Both the position numbers and the translations under genes were made by a program. From Candidatus Thorarchaeota archaeon (lineage in GTDB: Archaea; Asgardarchaeota; Thorarchaeia; Thorarchaeales; Thorarchaeaceae), in assembly GCA_003345545.1 (NCBI GenBank), contig PRDH01000009.1, forward strand, positions 1 to 62,944: a stretch of 62,944 nt of DNA, read 5' to 3'. The notes below the pieces were generated by a model. It made no database searches, was not told where the DNA came from, and saw nothing but the letters and a program-made list of their open reading frames with translations. This document shows positions 10,362 to 20,434 of the stretch, in pieces (within the stretch, counting starts at the first letter, position 1; each line of letters begins with the position of its first letter).

Positions 10362-11421
10362 TGTCTTCAGGCGTTACTCCAGGGGACTCAATGTGATATT
10401 CATCATAAGCAGATTTGATACGATTGATGATTGCATCGCCTTCGATAGACGCCCCAATGACTTTCTTCTCTAGAAGCGAGATGGCCTCACTTGGCAACAT
10501 GAAGAAGTCACCACTGATAGTGATTGCATTCACTTTGCCTTCGACTCTCTCTATGGTGGCTCTGATGAGACCTCCTGGGGCCTTATGGTTAGCCGTTCCC
10601 ACACTTGTTGTTGCGGATATCCTTACATTCTTTGCCTCGGTGAGCCGCTGCCCTTGCCTCCAATTGAGCCATTCGTCTGAAACGTACTTATGTCGCAGTT
10701 GCGCTATTCTCCCTCTCTCCCATTTGGTGAGTTTGCCACGATTCAGTTCAATGTCGAGGGTTTCTTCATAGAGTCTGATAAGGTCCTCTTTGACCTCATT
10801 CCGGTCTGGCATCGACCCGGTTTCCATTAGAATTGTTGTCATCCGCTCACGGAGACTCTTTGCTACCTTGTCTCTGAACTTCTCATCTGGAACTCTCAGG
10901 ACTTTGACCATCATGTCAAAATCGAAATCAAAGATCAGGTTACCCGTGAGAATTCGAGCATCGCCGACATCTCCCGCGCCGTTTCCTGATATCTTCTTTC
11001 CTTTCGCGATGATGTCATTCACGGGTTTGAACTCTGCTTCGATTCCTAGATTCCTATAGGTCTGGACTGGAGCCAGCAGGAACTTCCGATAGTAGTCGTC
11101 AATTCTCTTAGGAGTGGTTGGACTATCAACTCTGCCAATCGTCTGATAGAACATCTGGCCATCATCAAGATAGACACCGCCTCCGCCGATGACCCGTCGA
11201 GTAAACACAATATTATTCTCTCTGCAGAACTTGGTATCGATGTCCAGCTCTATCTCTTGAAAAAAGCCCAGACTGACCAATGGCTTGGCTGGCCAGCAGA
11301 TTATCAGGGTGTTCTCAGATTCTCCCTCTGTGATTCCTTGAGCAACCATGTCGTAGATGATCTGCGTCTGTAGCGGATCGATTGCGCCAATATCTAGGAG
11401 TCTCCAGCTTTCGAGTGGCAT
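10324..11421 (-). CDS. lplA: Lipoate-protein ligase A family protein with C-terminal domain
   Basis: RRVIGGGGVYLD, NDI..KGKKISGNG, KAPGGLIR, ISGDFF. Confidence 0.88.
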   Translation of the reverse strand: MPLESWRLLDIGAIDPLQTQIIYDMVAQGITEGESENTLIICWPAKPLVSLGFFQEIELDIDTKFCRENNIVFTRRVIGGGGVYLDDGQMFYQTIGRVDSPTTPKRIDDYYRKFLLAPVQTYRNLGIEAEFKPVNDIIAKGKKISGNGAGDVGDARILTGNLIFDFDFDMMVKVLRVPDEKFRDKVAKSLRERMTTILMETGSMPDRNEVKEDLIRLYEETLDIELNRGKLTKWERGRIAQLRHKYVSDEWLNWRQGQRLTEAKNVRISATTSVGTANHKAPGGLIRATIERVEGKVNAITISGDFFMLPSEAISLLEKKVIGASIEGDAIINRIKSAYDEYHIESPGVTPEDIETAIRLAIGKD

Positions 11422-11525
11422 GGTTCGAAATCCGCTTTCTGGTTCTTATAATGATTTCCGAACGACGGACTCTACATCTATGCCAAGGCATAAATCACCT
11501 TATGAAAACCCAATAACTGATACTG

Positions 11526-12284
11526 ATGATAGAAGCAGTTGCGCTGACAAAGCAGTTCAGCGAATTCATTGCAGTCGATAGCCTCTCATTTCATGTGAAT
11601 CCGGGTGAGATTTACGGTCTGCTCGGGCCAAATGGGTCAGGCAAATCAACCACCATGAAGATGCTCCTTGGCCTTCTCAAGCCTACCGCAGGGTCCGCAC
11701 GCATCAATGGATTTGATGTTCAACAACATACAGTTGAGGCAAAGCGGTCCATGGGCTACGTTCCCGAAGAACCAGTTCTGCCCGAGCGATTGACAGGATG
11801 GGAGTATATCAACTACGTCAGTGATATTTGGAGAGTTCCTCGAGGCGTTGAGCGGGACAAGGAGATTGATGATCTTCTGACGCTCCTGGACATCAAAGAT
11901 GCGAGTGATGACCTGATTGAGACCTATTCCAAGGGGATGTCTAGGAAGATTAGCCTAGTGGCTGCGCTGATTCACAATCCGAAGATTCTGATTCTTGATG
12001 AGGTCCAGGCAGGGATTGACCCTCGGGGTGCTGCGACGATTAAAGAGATTCTAGTTGGTTTGAGGGATAGAGGAAACACTATTCTCATGAGTACTCATAT
12101 TCTTGAGATAGCTGAACGAATGTGCGGCCGTATCGGGATCATCAATCACGGAAAAATGATTGCTGAGGGCACAATGGATGAGCTCCGAACGAAGGCAAAA
12201 GGCCAGCAGTCTCTTGAGGACATCTTTCTCGACCTTACAGGTGGGCCTGACATGCAGAAGATTGCAGAGTTCTTGGGTGAGTAG
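11526..12284 (+). CDS. ABC exporter ATP-binding protein
   Basis: Walker A GPNGSGKST, signature YSKGM, Walker B LILDE, STH. Confidence 0.93.
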   Translation: MIEAVALTKQFSEFIAVDSLSFHVNPGEIYGLLGPNGSGKSTTMKMLLGLLKPTAGSARINGFDVQQHTVEAKRSMGYVPEEPVLPERLTGWEYINYVSDIWRVPRGVERDKEIDDLLTLLDIKDASDDLIETYSKGMSRKISLVAALIHNPKILILDEVQAGIDPRGAATIKEILVGLRDRGNTILMSTHILEIAERMCGRIGIINHGKMIAEGTMDELRTKAKGQQSLEDIFLDLTGGPDMQKIAEFLGE

Positions 12285-12286
12285 TC

Positions 12287-14005
12287 TTGCTCGAAGACCT
12301 CCTGATTCTCATCAGGCACGACCTTGGTGGAATTCTGCGGGTCAGAAATGTGAAGGGCAAGAGGTCAAAGAAACGTAGTCTGTTCAGGAATTCCTTACGC
12401 TATATAGCTGCAATCACTGTCGCAGTAGTCGTTCTTTGGGGAATCATCTCCATGGTACAGCTTCTTGGGTGGAGTTTCTTCCAGTCCGCAATCATCGATG
12501 GTATTGACTTTGGAGCGACGCTGTTCAATTTTATCGTAATCGTTTCGTTCATGGGTTCAATCGCGGTCAGTGTATCGACTGTGGCGAATTCCTCGAGAAT
12601 GGAGTATCTCATGTGTATGCCAGTCTCTCTCAGGACCCTGTTCCTAGAGAAGACAATTGTCGTGATCTTCTACAATGCCCTGATCTATATGATCATCGGG
12701 ACGCCCGTGGTCATCGGACTAGCAGTCTCATCGACAGCTCCGTACGCACTGCTATCCATTCCCACCTTTCTCGTGATGCTTATAGTAAATGTCACTCTGG
12801 GCGTTGCTCTTGGTGGCCTCATTGGATTGACTATCTCACGATTCCTTGCGGGTCGGCGCCGGCTTAAGCAGATTGGGTGGTTCTTGGGAACTTCAGTGTC
12901 GATCATCATCGGTACACTCTACTATTACTCTCTTTTTGCATCTGATTCCGGTCTCGCAGGGTTCTTTGCAGTGTTTCTTCAGTTTGCCCAGCAGATAGGG
13001 CTGTCTTCTGACTTCAGCCCCGGCGGTGCAATGAATGCCGTCACTATCAGACCCATTGTGGGTCTGCCCATCAATCTGGTCGATATTCTGCTTGCTGTTC
13101 TCTTCCTGCTGATATCAATAATGCTGATTTACGCAAATGCTATCGTGAGCGAAACAGCGCATTATAGTGGTTGGCTTGCAAGTGGCTCCAAGAGGTCATC
13201 CAAGACTGAGGTAAAGATTGCTCACTCTGTCTGGAACCCATCAGACATCCCACTACTGAAGATGAGTACAACCACAAGTGTTTCAATGTGGTACAATACA
13301 ACTTCAGTTAGACGAGAGGGACGGGTCTTGGCAAACTATCTTGTGGGTCCAATGCGAACAGTTCTTTGGTTCTTTTTGATTTTCTTAGCTCCTGGCGGAA
13401 GTCTGGCAGGAATTGCTCCGTTTATCATTATCTCTGCCATGATTCCATTCGCAGTTTCCTATGGGGTGTATTTTGCAGGTTATGAGTTGGTCTACGAGGG
13501 AAAGAACCTAATGAATCTGCAGCTAGCCCCAGCGAGTCTTACCGACTACGTCAAGGGCAAGGTCTTCAGCGCGGTTCCCTTCACAGCGATTGCCACGGGG
13601 CTTGCTTCAGTTCTTGTCGTCTTTGTTCAGCCCTCGCTCTGGATCTATATCCCTGCAGTCATCATCTCCAGCATCTTTCTCACATTGGCATCGGGAGGCA
13701 TTGCATCCTATTCGGCTGCCACCGGCGGTGACTTCAAGGCTCAGAGAAACATAACTAGGCAACGCGGTGCGGCTGTACAGATGCCCATCAGAGGTACGTG
13801 GGCGATGGCTCGAGCCCATCTCCTGCCTAATATGATTGGATTCATGGGTGTCGGCGCTATCTTAGGGCTTGGCATCTTCCTGAATCCGCTGTTCAGTTAT
13901 CTTGTGGTTCCCCTATTCGCCCTGATTTGTGTACAGATCATGCGTTCCTACATAGGCAAGTCTGGCCGCAAACTTCAGACGATTGAGGCATCTGATTATC
14001 TCTAG
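12287..14005 (+). CDS. ABC exporter permease (multi-pass, two-halved)
   Basis: Many hydrophobic helices; immediately follows the ABC ATPase; EYLMCMP and EGKNLMNL motifs typical of ABC-2-like permeases. Confidence 0.75.
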   Translation: MLEDLLILIRHDLGGILRVRNVKGKRSKKRSLFRNSLRYIAAITVAVVVLWGIISMVQLLGWSFFQSAIIDGIDFGATLFNFIVIVSFMGSIAVSVSTVANSSRMEYLMCMPVSLRTLFLEKTIVVIFYNALIYMIIGTPVVIGLAVSSTAPYALLSIPTFLVMLIVNVTLGVALGGLIGLTISRFLAGRRRLKQIGWFLGTSVSIIIGTLYYYSLFASDSGLAGFFAVFLQFAQQIGLSSDFSPGGAMNAVTIRPIVGLPINLVDILLAVLFLLISIMLIYANAIVSETAHYSGWLASGSKRSSKTEVKIAHSVWNPSDIPLLKMSTTTSVSMWYNTTSVRREGRVLANYLVGPMRTVLWFFLIFLAPGGSLAGIAPFIIISAMIPFAVSYGVYFAGYELVYEGKNLMNLQLAPASLTDYVKGKVFSAVPFTAIATGLASVLVVFVQPSLWIYIPAVIISSIFLTLASGGIASYSAATGGDFKAQRNITRQRGAAVQMPIRGTWAMARAHLLPNMIGFMGVGAILGLGIFLNPLFSYLVVPLFALICVQIMRSYIGKSGRKLQTIEASDYL

Positions 14006-14737
14006 TCACATCTTCACTTTGCCGACAATCGTCCCTTCAGGAACTAGTATATCGCAGTCAAAGTAGAGTCCTATCATATTGGTTTCAATGACGACCTTCG
14101 AGAAATCATCATGAGGCCCGTTCTTCAACTCGACCTCTACCTCACCAGAACGTCCTTTCTTTATGTCATACTTGAGATATGCCGCCGTGACTACCGCTAG
14201 ATCATGTCCCTTGCCCGTCACGCTTGGAATGACCTTGACGTTGATATTTGGACCACTGTCAATCCACTCTCCATCATCGTTCAGTGTGCATTTTGCCTTG
14301 AGAATAGTCACACCATCCCTCTGCGTCTTGGCAACTAGTGTGTCCTTCTTCCAGTCCAGTGATATCTTTGCACGTTTGCGTGGATATCCCCAGATCTCCC
14401 TGCCTGCAGCCTGAGCAACATCTGTGTCAACATAGTTGTAGCAGAAGTAGACTCCGACCTCCTCCTCCTTTGTCTTAGGATTATCGAACATGCATTGAAC
14501 AAGCATGCCAGACTCCATGAATGTACCCGCCTCTTTGCAGGGCTGTTCCGCGAAGAGAAGTCCCGCAAGTGGCATCTGTGATGGCTTCAAGGGTGCGGGG
14601 AGCAAGGCTCGTACCGATTCCTCTGTCGGGTTGAATAGTGCTAGGAATAGTTTTGCATCCACATAATGATATGGGGGTCCTGAATACAGTGGCGACAATA
14701 GTGGTGTACTAGTTGCCTCTTTCACGCTCTTCACCAT
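14006..14737 (-). CDS. Acetoacetate decarboxylase-family protein
   Basis: PLLSPLY..PPY, LLPAPL, AGREIWGYPRK motif. Confidence 0.8.
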   Translation of the reverse strand: MVKSVKEATSTPLLSPLYSGPPYHYVDAKLFLALFNPTEESVRALLPAPLKPSQMPLAGLLFAEQPCKEAGTFMESGMLVQCMFDNPKTKEEEVGVYFCYNYVDTDVAQAAGREIWGYPRKRAKISLDWKKDTLVAKTQRDGVTILKAKCTLNDDGEWIDSGPNINVKVIPSVTGKGHDLAVVTAAYLKYDIKKGRSGEVEVELKNGPHDDFSKVVIETNMIGLYFDCDILVPEGTIVGKVKM

Positions 14738-14823
14738 GACTCCCGGTAAAACAACCCGCCTCTTGAATCTGTCGAGCCCTGTGAGTCCTTTTTTTTGGAG
14801 GTCGTAGGATGGGTTGACCTACT

Positions 14824-15741
14824 TTAGAGCTTGGCTCTCTTGAAGATGGCCGGCCAGACAAAGATTCCTGTGAGTGCTATCAGCATGTATCTTATGGCAC
14901 GGAGCCAGATCATATCACTTGGGAGAATCGGTGCAAGTCCCACCATCACTCCCACTACTAGTACCAGACCAATGATGACCCGCAGCACGAGTCTCCATCT
15001 CTTCCCGTCATGTGGTTCGACGGTGAAATTGACAAATCTATTCTCTAAGACAAGTCCGAGAGCTAGTCCCATCGTCAGTCCCCCCAATGCACCGAAGTTG
15101 TCATTTGGTGGTTCGGGGAGAAATGAGGCAATCAGGGTCATCACAAATCCGATGGCGACCAGTCCCAACAAAAGGTAGTCTTGCCTGTATCGTGAAAGAA
15201 ACCGCCGTGCTGGGTTCTCGAGATACATGAACGCCAGTATGGTCACAATCCCTATTCCCCATCCTAGTAAGACATCCCCGATGAAGTGAACGCCTAGGTA
15301 CACTCTAGAGATACCAACAAGAACCGTGAGCACAATGGCGATGAGAGTCACCCACCACCTTCTGACCCTCGTTGCGAACCATCCGTAGAGCGTTATTGAC
15401 GACTGAGCGTGTCCACTGGGTGTGCTGTAGTTCCCGGGCGCTTGCCCGGGATACCAGTAGCTCGAGGGCGGTCTCTCGTTGGCAATGAAATACTTCAGCC
15501 AGTAATTCGAGAGTATTGCCACTACCAGGATGTAGGTAGCCAAGATTGCTTCCTTTTTATTGACAGCCCAATACAGGATAAGCAACAACCCAATGAAGGC
15601 AATTTCGTTACCGAGTTCGGTAATGATACTGAAGAAGCTACCAAGACCTGGTAGAATATCGCGGAAAATATCGGTAAGTCCTGGGTCAAAGACCATGGTA
15701 TCAATCTCCTCGCAATCAGGTTTCATATTGAAGCCACGCAA
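14824..15741 (-). CDS. PAP2-family membrane phosphatase
   Basis: K......RP, PSGH and SRVYLGVHF...D motifs; multiple TM helices. Confidence 0.9.
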   Translation of the reverse strand: MRGFNMKPDCEEIDTMVFDPGLTDIFRDILPGLGSFFSIITELGNEIAFIGLLLILYWAVNKKEAILATYILVVAILSNYWLKYFIANERPPSSYWYPGQAPGNYSTPSGHAQSSITLYGWFATRVRRWWVTLIAIVLTVLVGISRVYLGVHFIGDVLLGWGIGIVTILAFMYLENPARRFLSRYRQDYLLLGLVAIGFVMTLIASFLPEPPNDNFGALGGLTMGLALGLVLENRFVNFTVEPHDGKRWRLVLRVIIGLVLVVGVMVGLAPILPSDMIWLRAIRYMLIALTGIFVWPAIFKRAKL

Positions 15742-15812
15742 GAGAAAAAGATGTCTGTTCCTTGAGGAAACCTTAAAGTCGGGGACTCTGCCTCTGGAGA
15801 ACCGAGGTCTGA

Positions 15813-17327
15813 TTGATGGTCCTTGAGAGTCTAGAACCCAAACCAGTATGGGAGATCTTTGAAAAGGTGTTCATTGCGACTCCCCGTGAGTCTAAGAAAG
15901 AAGAGAAAATACGAGCTAAACTGAAGACTTGGATTTCTGAGCGTGCGAAATCCTTGGGCATCCAACTGACTATCTCTGAGGACGCTGCTGGCAATCTTCT
16001 CATGAAACGGGCTCCATCAAGAGGACTAGAGTCTGCGCCAGCACTTCTTCTCCAGGGGCATATGGACATGGTCTGTGAAACCAACCGCAAGGGCGGCTTC
16101 GACTTCAATACCAGTCCTATTCCAGTGCGTGTTCAAGATAACGGAGAATGGGTTGACGCAGATGGTACCACTCTCGGTGCTGACAATGGCATTGGCGTCG
16201 CGTTGGGATTAGCACTACTGCTCGATCCAAAGGTGAAGTCAGGGCCTCTGGAACTGCTCATTACTGTCGATGAGGAAACTGGTCTGGTGGGCGCTTTTGC
16301 ACTTGAGCCCAAGGCTCTGGGGATTAAGAGCAAGCTCCTGATCAACGTTGACTCTGAGAAACTCGGTGTTATTACTATTGGCTCTGCAGGCGGCGGAGAT
16401 ACTACACTCTCAAAGAACCTGAAAGCGAACAAGGTAACTGGAAAAGCTGCCTTCTATCAACTTGAAACTACAGGACTTCTCGGTGGACATTCAGGCGTGG
16501 ACATTCATGAACATCGTGCGAACGCCAACAAGCTTGCTGCAAGAGTGATGTCCAGGCTTGTCAAGGAGATGAATGTGCACCTCTGTGAATGGAATGGTGG
16601 AAGCAAGCACAATGCCATCGCACGAGAATCGAGAGTGAAGTTTGCAGTTGAGTCAGGCAAAGCAGCTCGTGCTGAACAGATACTCGAACAGGTCAGATTT
16701 AAGATTCTATCATATTACAAGACGGCCGCGAATGCGACAAAACCTCTTGAGCCAGACATCTCTATCAAATGGAGTAAGACCAATCCTGTGCCTGCATTCT
16801 CCCTAGATGAATCGAAAAAGATCATCACATCAATCAACATCATTCCTCATGGGCCAATCCGGTTCTCACCCCATGTTGAAGGTCTTGTAGAGACCTCGAA
16901 CAATGTGGCCATTATCAAGACAGATGGCGCAACGATTGAAGTTCTTCTCAGCACTAGAAGCAGTGTCGATGCGGAGCTAGAGGTCGTGAGAGCGCAGCTC
17001 TCTGATATTGCCTCCTTGTCTGGTTGGGATGTGACTCAGAATCCCATGTATCCTGGATGGAATCCCGAGCCTAATAGCCCGTTTCTCAAGTTCATCCGCG
17101 AGCACTATGAGGTCGCGGCCAAGGCAAAAGTGAAGATTGAAGCGATTCATGCGGGTCTGGAATGTGGTATCATTGGTGCAAAGATACCTGGTCTTCAGAT
17201 GGTGTCCATTGGGCCAACAGCGCAGAATTCGCATACCCCTGATGAACGCGTCAAGATATCTGACATCCCCATACTCTATGAGCTGCTCAGAAGTGTTGCC
17301 GAAGATCTACCGAATTCTCAAGTCTGA
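15813..17327 (+). CDS. pepD: Aminoacyl-histidine dipeptidase (M20C)
   Basis: LQGHMDMVCE, TTLGADNGIG, VDEETG, GGHSGVDIH, IHAGLECG, HTPDE. Confidence 0.93.
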   Translation: MMVLESLEPKPVWEIFEKVFIATPRESKKEEKIRAKLKTWISERAKSLGIQLTISEDAAGNLLMKRAPSRGLESAPALLLQGHMDMVCETNRKGGFDFNTSPIPVRVQDNGEWVDADGTTLGADNGIGVALGLALLLDPKVKSGPLELLITVDEETGLVGAFALEPKALGIKSKLLINVDSEKLGVITIGSAGGGDTTLSKNLKANKVTGKAAFYQLETTGLLGGHSGVDIHEHRANANKLAARVMSRLVKEMNVHLCEWNGGSKHNAIARESRVKFAVESGKAARAEQILEQVRFKILSYYKTAANATKPLEPDISIKWSKTNPVPAFSLDESKKIITSINIIPHGPIRFSPHVEGLVETSNNVAIIKTDGATIEVLLSTRSSVDAELEVVRAQLSDIASLSGWDVTQNPMYPGWNPEPNSPFLKFIREHYEVAAKAKVKIEAIHAGLECGIIGAKIPGLQMVSIGPTAQNSHTPDERVKISDIPILYELLRSVAEDLPNSQV

Positions 17328-17334
17328 GCCAAGC

Positions 17335-19155
17335 CTATGCCATGGCCTCAAGGCCAAGTACCTTCAGCCTTTTCTTTGAGGGTCTTCCAGTCTTTCTACT
17401 CCAGCCCCGGGTCTCATACCATTTGTTGAGGTGCTCATCGATGTCAGGAACATGTCCCTCTGTGGCTCCCTCAAGTGGTTTCGAGATTATCTTCGGAAGG
17501 ATTTCATTCTTGGGACTATATCCAAGCTTAAGGTTGAGAAGCCTCATCATCGTGAATATTCTCTCACCCGTCATGACAACTTCCTCTGTAGAGATGTCCC
17601 ATCCAGTGACCAGATGCAGAAGCCTAGTCAACTTGGCTCCATCAAGCGGATAGAAGTTGCATATCACAGCCGAGTTCGTCATGCACCTAAAATCCTGATG
17701 CTTTGCCACAAGGTCTGCCTCATTCGCGAATCTGTCCACACTTTCAATCCCAAAAGCCTCGTTGGGCTGTCCCATTTGGACATTGTACATATCAGCAGCC
17801 ATATGGCATGCACCACGTGGGGAAGTGGCATATCCTGCAGCCAGGCCAGAGAAACCTCTTGGATCGTGTTGTGGTAGTTCAAGTCCATTGACCTGTGCTG
17901 CGAGTTCTGCTACGCCGAATCTCTCTCCGAACTGAAGACTTCCTTCTGCCATCACATCGCCGATACCCTCTCTCTTGGCAATCTTGGCCATGAGTGAGAG
18001 AGCAGAGTCAACTTCTCCCCATTCCGGACTGATGCCATCCAGATCTTTGGTGGTTATCTTTCCCTCTTTGAAAAGATAGTATGCAAAGGCAATAGTGTTC
18101 CCTCCTGAAATCGTATCAATGCCGTATAGGTCAAGCATCATATTTGCATAGGCCACAGCCTCTGCGTTGTTATTCAATAGAAGAGAGCCCATGGTCCCGG
18201 TGACCTCCAACTCAGGCCCCGCGAACTTCTCCATCTTGTACTTGCCCTCTGGTATCTCTACAACTCGCCCGCAGCCTATAGGGCATCGGAAGCACGCAGT
18301 CTTGCCAACAAGGATGGTCTCCTTCACGCTGGTGCCACTGAGGTTGTAGGTGTCAAAATTGCCGACGGTGTAGTAACCTGCTGGAAAGGAGCCGTACATG
18401 AGACTCGCCATGTCTGTATATCCAGCAGTCCCGAGGTCTGAGTACATTCGGAATGTTGGATCTTCCTTGTTATCCTTGTTTAGCTCCATCGTATACTTGC
18501 TGAGCTCCTCTTCATCTGCAACTGGTATCTTCCTGTCAGACCCATGAATCACGATAGCCTTGAGCTTCTTTGAGCCCATCACTGCACCTAAGCCGGTCCT
18601 GCCAGCTGCTCGGTGATGGTCAACTATGATGCTTGCATACTTGACGAGATTCTCTCCAGCAATTCCAATCCTTGCTATGCCTGCCACTCTGTGGCCGGTT
18701 TCTTCCTTGAGCACATTCCATACCTGCTCGGTGTCCTTCCCCCAGAGATGCTGCGCATCACGTATCTCAACATCAGAGTCCTCAACTATTAGGTAACATG
18801 GCGCCTTGGAAGAACCAGTGATGACGATACCATCGTATCCTGCGAATTTCAGGTCTGCCCCAAAATGCCCTCCAACGGTACTGTATCCGAGAAGCCCTGT
18901 TTTCGGAGACCTTGCGCAGAAGGTCGACTTTCCGCTGGTTGGGACAGCTGTGCCCGTAAAAGGGCCTGTCATGAAGATTAGGGGATTCTCAGGTCCCAGT
19001 GGGTCAGTGGTGGATTCAATCATGTCATATAGAAGACGGACACCGAGTCCCGCGCCTCCTATGAACTGCCTCATGAATCTCTTGTTCAACGATTTGACAG
19101 TTGTGGCACCATCAGTAAGATTCACATGGAGAATTCTTCCTCTATAACCGACCAA
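17335..19155 (-). CDS. aor: Tungsten-type aldehyde:ferredoxin oxidoreductase
   Basis: DPLGPEN, SPKTG, AGRTGLGAVMGSKKLKA, CFRCPIGC, DTIS, HDPRG, RGACH. Confidence 0.93.
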   Translation of the reverse strand: MVGYRGRILHVNLTDGATTVKSLNKRFMRQFIGGAGLGVRLLYDMIESTTDPLGPENPLIFMTGPFTGTAVPTSGKSTFCARSPKTGLLGYSTVGGHFGADLKFAGYDGIVITGSSKAPCYLIVEDSDVEIRDAQHLWGKDTEQVWNVLKEETGHRVAGIARIGIAGENLVKYASIIVDHHRAAGRTGLGAVMGSKKLKAIVIHGSDRKIPVADEEELSKYTMELNKDNKEDPTFRMYSDLGTAGYTDMASLMYGSFPAGYYTVGNFDTYNLSGTSVKETILVGKTACFRCPIGCGRVVEIPEGKYKMEKFAGPELEVTGTMGSLLLNNNAEAVAYANMMLDLYGIDTISGGNTIAFAYYLFKEGKITTKDLDGISPEWGEVDSALSLMAKIAKREGIGDVMAEGSLQFGERFGVAELAAQVNGLELPQHDPRGFSGLAAGYATSPRGACHMAADMYNVQMGQPNEAFGIESVDRFANEADLVAKHQDFRCMTNSAVICNFYPLDGAKLTRLLHLVTGWDISTEEVVMTGERIFTMMRLLNLKLGYSPKNEILPKIISKPLEGATEGHVPDIDEHLNKWYETRGWSRKTGRPSKKRLKVLGLEAMA

Positions 19156-19169
19156 TCTTTCTGCCCCCC

Positions 19170-20366
19170 TCAGAAATCTATGACCTTCCCGTCATACATG
19201 TATTCATAGATCTTGCGAATTTCATTGCTGTCAGTGTTGCGCGGATTCATCGTGAGGCTGGAGTCCATCATTGCAAACTCGACAAGCTTCTCGAGCCCGG
19301 CTTTGAAGTCCTTCTTTTTGACACCTGCCTCACTGAAGCTTCTTGGACTACCAACCACGCCCATGAGGTCTCGAATGGCCTCAGCAAACTTCAGTGATGC
19401 CTTCACACCATCTTTGAGTGTGATGCCTATCATTCTTGCCAGCTCGGCATACTGTGATGCGCACTGATTATTATTAGTGCAATTGAACTCAATCGTGTAC
19501 GGAAGCGCCATCCCTACGGAGAGCCCATGATGCAATCTCAAGACAGATCCCATACTGTGGCCAAGTGAATGAGCAAGGGCTACTTGTGAGTTGCCAAAAG
19601 ACATACCTGCAAGGCACGCTGCAACAAGCATCTTCTCTCGTGCCTCCAGATTCGTGAGATCTGCGACCGATACTGGCAGCCATTTGAAGACCATTTTCAC
19701 AGCCTCCAATGAGCATCCGTCAGAGAAGTCGTTCTTCCACACAGAGATGTAACCTTCGGTCGCATGAACCAATGCATCCAATCCTGTGTACGCTGTGAGT
19801 TCCTTGGGAAGACCAACGACAAAGGAAGGATCGAGGATTGCAATGTCGGGGACGAGTTCAGGATTTATCGTGGCGAATTTGCGGCCGGTTTCATCATCTC
19901 GAATCACTATTGCCTTCGTTGCTTCAGATCCTGTTCCTGCAGTAGTTGGAATACAGACAAGCCTTGCCTTGACTCTCAGACCGAGTATGTCAAAGGGAGT
20001 CAGCGCCTCGAGTTGAACACCGGGTTTTTCGTAGAGCGCCCAGGCTGCTTTTGCTGTATCCATCGCGCTGCCTCCTCCAATGGCTATGATCCAGTCTGGA
20101 CCAAATTGCTTCATTGCTTCAGCAGCTTCCTTAACAGTTGAGACCTTTGGATCTGACACTACACCATCCCAGATTGCAGTTGACCACTGCTTCTCGCAGA
20201 GGATATCTGACACCCTCTCAGCAAGGCCCAGCCCATTGACAATTTTGTCAGTGATGATGATTGCTTTCTTTCCTTGAATGAGTTCAAGTTCGCTAAGCGC
20301 ATCATCACCGAATACAATCTTCGGTACAGAAAACCACCATACCAATTCTGATTCGCCTCCGAACAC
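19170..20366 (-). CDS. Iron-containing alcohol dehydrogenase (start may be TTG near 20345)
   Basis: GGGSAMDTAK, PTTAGTGSE, GLDALVHATE, HSLGH, HG motifs. Confidence 0.92.
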   Translation of the reverse strand: MFGGESELVWWFSVPKIVFGDDALSELELIQGKKAIIITDKIVNGLGLAERVSDILCEKQWSTAIWDGVVSDPKVSTVKEAAEAMKQFGPDWIIAIGGGSAMDTAKAAWALYEKPGVQLEALTPFDILGLRVKARLVCIPTTAGTGSEATKAIVIRDDETGRKFATINPELVPDIAILDPSFVVGLPKELTAYTGLDALVHATEGYISVWKNDFSDGCSLEAVKMVFKWLPVSVADLTNLEAREKMLVAACLAGMSFGNSQVALAHSLGHSMGSVLRLHHGLSVGMALPYTIEFNCTNNNQCASQYAELARMIGITLKDGVKASLKFAEAIRDLMGVVGSPRSFSEAGVKKKDFKAGLEKLVEFAMMDSSLTMNPRNTDSNEIRKIYEYMYDGKVIDF

Positions 20367-20434
20367 AAGAAAACGTGTTCAATATGGTTCGGGTAATAGT
20401 AGTCCCCCCTCTTATTTGCTATGCCCGACGTCAT

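Noticed and set aside
14789-14797. Poly-T run as a terminator or phase-variation tract
   Set aside because: Flanking genes are on the minus strand, where it reads poly-A; it is intergenic and has no supporting structure
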